IMG/VR virus record: IMGVR_UViG_3300027843_000001
Direction: 5' to 3' (one strand)
Length of the DNA stretch: 64,000 nucleotides
Source: a virus
Shown here in pieces: positions 57,349 to 64,000 of this stretch. Made by a program: the position numbers and the translations under genes. Positions within the stretch are counted from its first letter, which is position 1, and each line of letters begins with the position of its first letter. The notes under the pieces were generated by a model. That model was given only the letters and a program-made list of their open reading frames with translations. It did not search any database and was not told the DNA's origin.

Positions 57349-57410
57349 ATCCTTAAATTTTCGTGGTGTTTCATGCTGATACGCAGATTGGTTTAGATAT
57401 ATAATAGTTA
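57349..57410 (+). mobile_element. Platform E: attI-like site plus shortened integrase stub
   Basis: atccttaaattttcgtggtgtttcatgctgatacgcagattggtttagatatataataGTTA. Confidence 0.82.
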
Positions 57411-57417
57411 TGTGGCA

Positions 57418-57852
57418 TTAAAAGATCCACGCTTTGATAATTTCGTAAAGATTTAATTTTAAGTGATACGAATTAATTATTACGAACACGCCAAATACTA
57501 ATCCTACAACCGAATTTAACCAGTGTAATACCGTATATGCTGGGCTAAATTTAAACAGCTTACTTATTGGAGCTATTACAATAAAATTAAAAGCAATAAT
57601 TGAAACAAAGGCAACCCAATTAAATGTCAATAGTCCTGCAAACATCCATAAAGCAAATATTAAACTTGGCAGTCCTCGACTAATTAAAATGTCTTTATAA
57701 TCTTGTGGGTATTCATCCCACTTTTTGCCTTTATTTTGTTTCGTGAGTTCTTTGAATTTCTTTGATTTTTCAGTGTATTCAACTGGGCTTATTAGCCAAA
57801 GAACTTCATGTATTATAAAGCAAATTCCGATAAAATAAAAAATGTGTTTCAT
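57418..57852 (-). CDS. Cassette E1 gene, multi-pass membrane protein
   Basis: Probable start MKHIFYF; about four hydrophobic segments; cassette ends GTTATGTGGC / GCCACATAAC. Confidence 0.75.
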   Translation of the reverse strand: MKHIFYFIGICFIIHEVLWLISPVEYTEKSKKFKELTKQNKGKKWDEYPQDYKDILISRGLPSLIFALWMFAGLLTFNWVAFVSIIAFNFIVIAPISKLFKFSPAYTVLHWLNSVVGLVFGVFVIINSYHLKLNLYEIIKAWIF

Positions 57853-57893
57853 TGTTATAATTTTTAAGTTATTAATATTCAATAATTAACGCC

Positions 57894-58023
57894 ACATAAC
57901 ACGCGGTCATACGTAACTGGGACTTAATCAGTATGCGAGGCATGTAGCTCGTATTGTCGTTTGGTGTAAGTTGATAGTTCGTAGCTTCGATTACCTCAGC
58001 TACGCATACCGCAATCGTTAGCC
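57894..58023 (+). mobile_element. attC-like site E1 (130 bp)
   Basis: ACATAAC-ACGCG-GTCATACGTAACTGGG ... CTCAGCTACGCATAC-CGCAATC-GTTAGCC. Confidence 0.85.
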
Positions 58024-58028
58024 TAAAA

Positions 58029-58205
58029 TTATCGCTCCGATTTCAGTTTGTTCTTTAGCCTTTTAATTAGTTTCCTATAGTACCTTCTTTCTAAATAAGG
58101 CGCTATTATGTAAATGTAAAGGGCTATGCAGACACAAGCTACACCAATGAGTAGCCCGATAAGGACTACGACCGCGAAGAACAGCCAAATTATAAAATCT
58201 GTCAT
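58029..58205 (-). CDS. 58-aa single-TM protein
   Basis: Manual translation MTDFIIWLFFAVVVLIGLLIG...RKLIKRLKNKLKSER; ATGA overlap with the upstream gene. Confidence 0.6.
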   Translation of the reverse strand: MTDFIIWLFFAVVVLIGLLIGVACVCIALYIYIIAPYLERRYYRKLIKRLKNKLKSER

Positions 58206-58423
58206 TTGTATTCGATTAAAGGTTTGTCACTAAAGGCTATTACTTCACCCTGCGATAATTTTCTGTAAATATCGGCTATTGTCATGGAGTCAATATATAA
58301 TTTTTTGGTGTCTCCAGGGGTGTATCTGTCGTCTTCAATCTCCATTAAGGCCAGTATGACATCGGAAAAAGATGCCCGGCCTTTTTGGTAATTGTCAAAT
58401 ATACGTACGATTTTTTTCTCCAT
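58202..58423 (-). CDS. Hypothetical protein
   Basis: 73 aa early gene. Confidence 0.6.
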   Translation of the reverse strand: MEKKIVRIFDNYQKGRASFSDVILALMEIEDDRYTPGDTKKLYIDSMTIADIYRKLSQGEVIAFSDKPLIEYK

Positions 58424-58489
58424 GGCTTTATATATTAAATTGTGGTGCCATTATGCGTATTTGCACGAATTCATGCCCTACGCAGTTGT

Positions 58490-58777
58490 TTAAAAGTTAA
58501 GTACTGGAATACTCTTACCTATTTCTGTGCCTTCAAACGGCCTGTATCTGGGTATAGGCAAGCCGTTTTTAGTGAAGGTAAGATAATTGTATAGCCTTAA
58601 TTTTGCTTCGTACCGTGTGTCTATGAACACGGTTTTGGTTTGAACCAAACGAAAAGCTCCGGGTCTGTCGGGAACGGGTTCCCATGTTTGGATGTTGCGC
58701 AATGATGGTTCCGTGTTAGTCTCCGTTACCTGACGCGTTTTATCACAAATCGTTGTGTACTTATATGGTTTCTTCAT
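58490..58777 (-). CDS. Hypothetical protein
   Basis: 95 aa early gene. Confidence 0.6.
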   Translation of the reverse strand: MKKPYKYTTICDKTRQVTETNTEPSLRNIQTWEPVPDRPGAFRLVQTKTVFIDTRYEAKLRLYNYLTFTKNGLPIPRYRPFEGTEIGKSIPVLNF

Positions 58778-58781
58778 GGCT

Positions 58782-59354
58782 TTATATAGGATAATATATC
58801 CCGTCTGTTAAGATTTTCATATTACCTTCTATGAAAGCAAAGGTTTTAAAAGATTTTTCCTGTATCAAATACAATCCCATATTTGTTGGTTTGTATCCGA
58901 TTACTTTCTCCTTCGTCATTGCTTCTATTTCTTCAATAAAAGATCTAAATTTACTGCTTTCTTTAAGATGACTCGTTGTTTTAACTTCAAAAAAGTCTAA
59001 CATCTTTTGCAAGTCATTTCTCGCGGCATCTAAATTTTTAGTATAGCCTTTTATAGGGACGTTGTATTCTGCTTGGCCGTTATTCTGGAACGTTGGTATT
59101 TCGTTTTTGGTTTTCTTAGATCTAATAATTGTGTCCGTATCCTTTACTACTAGTATCCTGTTATATTCTAACTTGGTATTACCAGAATAATTGCGATGTA
59201 TTTTAATACTGCCATCCGTCAAACCCTTTTCTATGCGGTTTAACTCCTTAGCTCTGCGTTTAAGTTCGTTAATTATCTCAATATTTTGCCTGTCAAAATT
59301 GTATTCTGCTTTGTCGGTATTCTGGAACGTAGGTATTTCGTTTTTTGTCTTCAT
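58782..59354 (-). CDS. Hypothetical protein with duplicated N-terminal motif
   Basis: KTKNEIPTFQNxxxAEYN occurs twice. Confidence 0.65.
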   Translation of the reverse strand: MKTKNEIPTFQNTDKAEYNFDRQNIEIINELKRRAKELNRIEKGLTDGSIKIHRNYSGNTKLEYNRILVVKDTDTIIRSKKTKNEIPTFQNNGQAEYNVPIKGYTKNLDAARNDLQKMLDFFEVKTTSHLKESSKFRSFIEEIEAMTKEKVIGYKPTNMGLYLIQEKSFKTFAFIEGNMKILTDGIYYPI

Positions 59355-59367
59355 GGCTTTATTTATT

Positions 59368-59562
59368 TTAATGAAAATTATAATGGTTAAGTATGTGCTT
59401 TACTTTCTCCGCTGGGTCAGTGTCTTCTTTTATAAGGCACCCGATGAACGGGCTACGCTCTTTGCCCCTGTAAATGTGGAGCGTTATATTATAGCTGGAA
59501 TCCGTTTCAAAGTTCTTGAGATCAAACCTGTAGCTTTTATTTTTGTACTGTATCCGTTTCAT
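59368..59562 (-). CDS. Hypothetical protein
   Basis: Probable start MKRIQYK in an ATGA overlap. Confidence 0.55.
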   Translation of the reverse strand: MKRIQYKNKSYRFDLKNFETDSSYNITLHIYRGKERSPFIGCLIKEDTDPAEKVKHILNHYNFH

Positions 59563-59870
59563 TTTCTGATAAATTTTAAATATGTGCATCGGTAAACTTG
59601 TGGTAATGGGCTTTTGTGTAGCCCTAACCCCGTGAAAAATAATCCTATTTGGCAAGCCGGCGCGGAGGCTTTTAAATACTTTCGCCCGGTTTCGTCTTTC
59701 CTTAGTTCGTAATTAATGGATAACTTTTTAAGTTCATCGCAAATACCTTGTATTTGTTGATTAACGACCGGATAAATTTTTATTGCTATGTGTTCGGTTA
59801 TTGATAAGGATAATTGAACGGTTAAATCAGTTGTTAATGCGAACTTGTTATTGGATTGTTTGGCTATCAT
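59559..59870 (-). CDS. Hypothetical protein
   Basis: 103 aa, coupled to both neighbours. Confidence 0.55.
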   Translation of the reverse strand: MIAKQSNNKFALTTDLTVQLSLSITEHIAIKIYPVVNQQIQGICDELKKLSINYELRKDETGRKYLKASAPACQIGLFFTGLGLHKSPLPQVYRCTYLKFIRK

Positions 59871-60799
59871 TTTTCTAACTTAAAAGTTAAACCCATCAGC
59901 CCTTCGTCTGCATTAAAAGAATTCATTAATTGATTTAATTGTTCGGCTGTTATCTTTGCTGCATAACTTTTCCAGTTAAATTTAACTTCTTTAGAGTGCT
60001 GATAATAGATAAAGTTATCGAAGAACCAGCCGCCTGGAAAACCTAAAATTTCAGCTTTGTCCTTTATTTTGTTTTCAACATCCAACTCATTCAAAGAGTT
60101 TCGATAGTCTTTTTCTACTTTTTGAAGTGCTTCTTCTTTTGCCTTTTCAATTTTGGCTTTCCTTTCAGCTTTTACCCGCGCGGCTTTTACTTCGGAGTCG
60201 TAATAGCCATCCTCTTTATAGGCTCTAAACTTTTCTATTTCCTGATCGCACGGGGGCGTAAATTGCGATTTTTTGGAGTCAATTATAAATTCGTCCCCGG
60301 TCAAAGATTCTAATAATTTTATAGCGCTGTTTGCCTCTTCTTTCCACCGTGCTACAATGCCGCTGTCAATTAGAATCATCGCGAACTCAATTTCGTCCTC
60401 TGCGTATCTTAAAGCGTCATAATCCTCCGGTGTTACCCGGTAATAATCACAATACGCGCTTTTTTGCGTTTGCCCTGGTTCTAGCCTTTCAAAGCCTTTT
60501 CGGATATGATACAAACCATTTGCTTGCGGATACATTGGGGCGCCTAAATAGTCGCAAAGGTGCAATTTTATGAACGGTTTGAGGTGCGGAAAATGTTCGC
60601 CCAAAATTTCGTGAATACAACCGCCCAATGAGGGATTTCCTTTCCTATCCCCCAGAAAGTAAACCTCTCCGGTTATTGCAAAATCTTGATGTCCGTTTTT
60701 ACATTCATCGTTAAGCCTTACATTTGCAATAACTCTACATTCTTTACCGTCTATGATAATGGTTTTTGTTTCCTTGTACTTTAAAGAATTTGTTTTCAT
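59867..60799 (-). CDS. Hypothetical early protein
   Basis: 310 aa; LNDECKNGHQDFAITG and GGCIHE motifs. Confidence 0.75.
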   Translation of the reverse strand: MKTNSLKYKETKTIIIDGKECRVIANVRLNDECKNGHQDFAITGEVYFLGDRKGNPSLGGCIHEILGEHFPHLKPFIKLHLCDYLGAPMYPQANGLYHIRKGFERLEPGQTQKSAYCDYYRVTPEDYDALRYAEDEIEFAMILIDSGIVARWKEEANSAIKLLESLTGDEFIIDSKKSQFTPPCDQEIEKFRAYKEDGYYDSEVKAARVKAERKAKIEKAKEEALQKVEKDYRNSLNELDVENKIKDKAEILGFPGGWFFDNFIYYQHSKEVKFNWKSYAAKITAEQLNQLMNSFNADEGLMGLTFKLEK

Positions 60800-60876
60800 A
60801 ATTTCATTTTTTTTCTATTGGTTTGACGGCCTTATTAGGCCGTTTCGTCTTAATTTTCAAAGACTCATCGGAAACC

Positions 60877-61062
60877 TTAATTGAGTAATAATTTTTCGTT
60901 TAGTTTTGATTCTAGGGCTATTATCTTTGTCGCGCCCGTGTTCGTAATGTTTATCCAAGAGAGTGGTGTGATTTGTGAGCGCATAAATAGTAGAGCTGTG
61001 CAAATAGTGGGAAAGGTGCCGACCACTTTAGTTCGGTTAAATACTATAAAGGGAGTTTTCAT
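60877..61062 (-). CDS. Hypothetical protein
   Basis: 61 aa; AAAGCCATG start context. Confidence 0.5.
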   Translation of the reverse strand: MKTPFIVFNRTKVVGTFPTICTALLFMRSQITPLSWINITNTGATKIIALESKLNEKLLLN

Positions 61063-61291
61063 GGCTTTATTTATTATTGATTACAAGCGCAAAAGCGCCT
61101 AATGATATGGATATGATCGCGCCAAAAGAGGCCACGGGTGCGCTGGTAAATATGGCCGCGAATGTAAAATTTGGAAAAGTGAACAGAGCGACGGTCGCTA
61201 ATTTTTCTGATATGGCTAAAATCTTTGTTTTCATCGCGCTAAGTATTTAAAGAGGTTTGGGTGTATTTCGCGGGCTTGCTTTTCATGGCTT

Positions 61292-61843
61292 TCAAGCGTG
61301 ATTGAGGTTGTATTTTCCGTTTACAAAAAAGTCGGGGTTTTGGTCTATGACTTCAAAATAAACATTCCTGACGAGCGTGTAATTTTTACGATCTCCAAAA
61401 ATACGGGCAGCTCGATTTCCCCACCTTGTTCTTCGGGTGTGTGAATTACCTTCATTGCTCCGCCAGTCTGGTTTGTTTTTGTCTATGTAAGCAATTATGA
61501 CCTTCTTTAATTCTTCGGTTTCCTTCTCTGCTCGTTCCCTTAAGGCCTGTGCTTGTAGTTCTTTTTCATGCTTTTCATTCTGCAATCTGGTTTTTAAAAT
61601 TCTCAAATGCTTTTTAAAAGTGGCCTCTTTAACTTCTCTACCCGCAAAATAAAAATATTTTCCGTACGTTCTTTTTTCAATGATGATGCCATTGCTTTTG
61701 TAAATGGTGGCCGTTGAGCCACTGACCGAAACTAGGCAGTCGAATAGGTGGATGTCTGTGTAATTAAAAGATCTGCCCCTCTTTGTTGATTCAACATACT
61801 TTACAGTCGCTTTCACGTAGAAAGCTAAGGTTTGTTTTTTCAT
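61292..61843 (-). CDS. Hypothetical early protein
   Basis: 183 aa, basic. Confidence 0.65.
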   Translation of the reverse strand: MKKQTLAFYVKATVKYVESTKRGRSFNYTDIHLFDCLVSVSGSTATIYKSNGIIIEKRTYGKYFYFAGREVKEATFKKHLRILKTRLQNEKHEKELQAQALRERAEKETEELKKVIIAYIDKNKPDWRSNEGNSHTRRTRWGNRAARIFGDRKNYTLVRNVYFEVIDQNPDFFVNGKYNLNHA

Positions 61844-61848
61844 GACTA

Positions 61849-61995
61849 TTAGTTTTTTAGTGTTGGTTTAAAATGTACAAATCCGAAAATTTTGCCTTCG
61901 CACTCCAATTTGATAGGTGCGTTTTTGACCGTGGTTTCAATGTAACCGGCTGCTAACAGCTCTCTACGTTCGTTGATAAAATCTAAAGTTTTCAT
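61849..61995 (-). CDS. 48-aa hypothetical protein
   Basis: MKTLDFINERRELLAAGY...; leader and first codons duplicated from the gene at 62350. Confidence 0.5.
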   Translation of the reverse strand: MKTLDFINERRELLAAGYIETTVKNAPIKLECEGKIFGFVHFKPTLKN

Positions 61996-61999
61996 ATCG

Positions 62000-62350
62000 C
62001 TATTGGTTTTTCATGCCCCATATTTTTAAACCACCTCTACTTTTATAAACCCCTATAATGCAACTTGTTAGCAAGGCTTTGCCTCCGTAGCTATTAATAA
62101 GGGGTATAAGAAGGGGTATTTTGATGGTGCCCATTGATCTACCAACGTAGCCCCTGGTACCATAAGTTTCGTTCCAACTCACGCCGGTTTTAGGGTCACC
62201 AAAATCAAATCTTAGTCTTTCTTTTCTCGCCCCAAACCGGTTTCCTTCTAATAAATATATTAAACTATCCGGGGTTTCTGCATCATAATAAGTACCGTTA
62301 AGAACTTTGTACTGGTTACCTTTTAGAGTTATTACTTCTAAAGTTTTCAT
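62000..62350 (-). CDS. Hypothetical early protein
   Basis: 116 aa; GYVGRSMGTIKIPLL motif; TAAATTTG box at 62405-62412. Confidence 0.7.
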   Translation of the reverse strand: MKTLEVITLKGNQYKVLNGTYYDAETPDSLIYLLEGNRFGARKERLRFDFGDPKTGVSWNETYGTRGYVGRSMGTIKIPLLIPLINSYGGKALLTSCIIGVYKSRGGLKIWGMKNQ

Positions 62351-62422
62351 ATCGCTATTGGTTTTATTTGTTGATGTAAAGATAATGCGTATTACAACGT
62401 ATTACAAATTTATTTGTGTGTT

Positions 62423-62716
62423 CTACAACATGTTTTGCAATTTTCTTAATGCAAATAATGATTCCTTTAGGGCTTGTAAAAAGTCGAACTGCGCCGACGT
62501 CAGTTCTTTGGACTGAAATAGCTTTGCAGTTTCGTCCATATCGGATAAGAGGGAAGCGGCGGCAAATTTAAAAGTGTCTCCGTGTTCATGTACCTGCCGG
62601 ATAAGGGCGGGAATTATAAACGTAGTCAGTTCTTCGCCTTTGGCGGCGGCCAACAGGGTAAGTTCTTCTTTTAGTGGTTCCAGTACACGGATATTTATTG
62701 TAGCGGTTTTTCTCAT
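62423..62716 (-). CDS. Ribbon-helix-helix-like DNA-binding protein
   Basis: MRKTATINIRVLEPLKEELTLLAAAKGEELTTFI matches the RHH beta-alpha-alpha pattern. Confidence 0.65.
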   Translation of the reverse strand: MRKTATINIRVLEPLKEELTLLAAAKGEELTTFIIPALIRQVHEHGDTFKFAAASLLSDMDETAKLFQSKELTSAQFDFLQALKESLFALRKLQNML

Positions 62717-62896
62717 AGCATTATCATTTCGTCGTTTATTGCTTTCTCGATTATTTTCTTAATCCGATCTTTACCCAGGGCATCTATAATAGATGGTCGG
62801 ATATAGAAAGGAAATTGTATTTTTTTGTCAGGATTGGTTTTTCGTCCTCGCGTCATAGTGCTTATTTTTTAATTGTTTATGCAAATTTAAGTTATT

Positions 62897-63961
62897 TCAC
62901 AATAGATTAAATTAAATGAGGTATGTTGTGCAGCATGTTTCGGTATTTTATTGTTTACGGGAGGCTTTTAATTTAATCTATTGCGAAATTAATTTAATCT
63001 ATTGCAAAATTAGGTGCGTAAACAATAGAAACTACAAAGATAAACAATGGTCGTTTACATTGTTTACCGCTAAGGTCGGGGGATTAAGGCCAATAAACAA
63101 TGTAAACAATAAAGTACTATAAAACATAGCATAGTAATATTATTATATATTAGGTATATATAAATAGTAAATATAGGGATATTATATTTATTATATACGC
63201 AATATAGATTTATAGAAAACATTGTTTCTATTGTTTCATTGTTTACGCGATTGTTTACAGGGCTAAAAAGAGGGCTTTTTGTAGGTGTGTTAGTTGTTCC
63301 TAAATAGGAATGATCCTTACTTAGGAATGATTCCTATTTAGTAGATATTCTTATTTGAATGTAAATTATTGAGTAAAAGGATACTAGGGTATATAATAGG
63401 ATTTTTGGGAATAGGGGGATAAGATTTTTTACTCTTTTCCGCAAAATTCCCGCAAACTTTTGCATAGATTTGCGCTCAAACCTACAAGAATTGCAAGTCA
63501 TGAAAGCTAATTTCGTATTTATTGATTTAAAAACAATGGAAACAAGTGTGTCCTCTGACCTGTCAGCCCTAGCAAGGCATACGGGCGCCAGTTTATCCGC
63601 TTTATACAATGGTTTGAGGCATTCCAGAGTTCTTATAAAAAAGGATTACATTGTTTCCCGTGTTTCCAGCAGGGTACCGAGCGCCAGGGCGAAGGGCAAC
63701 CTTTACGGAAAAGGAACCTTTCGATGGACGCGTGAGCCAATCCCCCAACAAGGCGAATAGTTTTATTCAGCTCGTCGGAATGTTGACCAGCATAACACTG
63801 ACATAATTAGGTTTTTTAGTTGTTGATTATTTTTCCATGATTCATAAGCTTGTTACCTGCGAGGGCCACAAGCTTTTTTAATTTCGCAATAGATTAAATT
63901 AACCTAATTTCGTAATAGATTAAATTGAACCCCTTCACTTAATTTCGCAATAGATTAAATT
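62897..63961. repeat. AT-rich region with 22-bp repeats (TAATTTCGCAATAGATTAAATT) and TAAACAAT repeats
   Basis: Two minus-strand copies at 62969-63012, three plus-strand copies at 63879-63961, a partial copy at about 62897-62915, and about ten TAAACAAT/ATTGTTT copies at 62950-63260. Confidence 0.85.
63500..63760 (+). CDS. Small basic protein, possible HTH/NUMOD1-like DNA binder
   Basis: Probable start MKANFVFIDLK; SDLSALARHTGASLSALYNGL resembles an HTH. Confidence 0.5.
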   Translation: MKANFVFIDLKTMETSVSSDLSALARHTGASLSALYNGLRHSRVLIKKDYIVSRVSSRVPSARAKGNLYGKGTFRWTREPIPQQGE

Positions 63962-64000
63962 AGATTATCCACAAATTAACTTCGTTAAGCTTCCAAGAGT

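Noticed and set aside
32248-58023. Repeats as a CRISPR array
   Set aside because: Copies are kilobases apart and separated by whole genes. The 81-bp unit is the integrase 5' end, and the hairpins are sequence-diverse.
32902-58023. A universal leader peptide encoded by every attC
   Set aside because: Loop-initiated ORFs were found only in A1, A2, B1, C2 and weakly E1. B2, B3, C1, D1, D2 and D3 lack a usable one, so the shared residues may just reflect DNA-level family similarity.
1-64000. Genome-wide stop-codon reassignment
   Set aside because: Large genes are intact under code 11, and TAA, TAG and TGA all terminate genes at sensible boundaries. Only one internal TAG was noticed.

Overview
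Most or part of a Bacteroidota phage genome. The host is inferred from TAnnTTTG -7 promoter boxes and AT-rich leaders without Shine-Dalgarno sequences. Left end (minus strand): replication module with a VirE-type primase/helicase, family A DNA polymerase, DUF2815 SSB and DUF2800 Cas4-like nuclease, plus an atypical tRNA-like RNA. Middle: crAss-like (podovirus) morphogenesis genes, namely tail-fibre-like proteins, a tandem GroES-like protein, an intein-split ATP-grasp enzyme, ejection proteins including a 2268-aa protein, lysis genes, muzzle/stabilisation protein, TerL, portal, scaffold, major capsid and ring proteins. Right end: small early genes and a repeat-rich AT region. Main finding: five dispersed integron-like cassette platforms (A 32248-33763, B 45286-48690, C 51018-52476, D 53719-55717, E 57349-58023). 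Together they hold 12 cassettes bounded by complementary GTT.../...AAC ends, 11 complete attC-like hairpins (9 of them 128-132 bp) and one broken one. One intact tyrosine recombinase (45286-46086) appears to serve them all. The other four platforms keep only a stub (81 bp in three, shorter in E) made of the attI-like site plus the first ~15 integrase codons. All cassette genes are inverted relative to attC, two start inside the attC loop, and the cargo includes two DNA methyltransferases and a nucleotidyltransferase. All calls come from reading the sequence by eye. No searches or folding programs were run.
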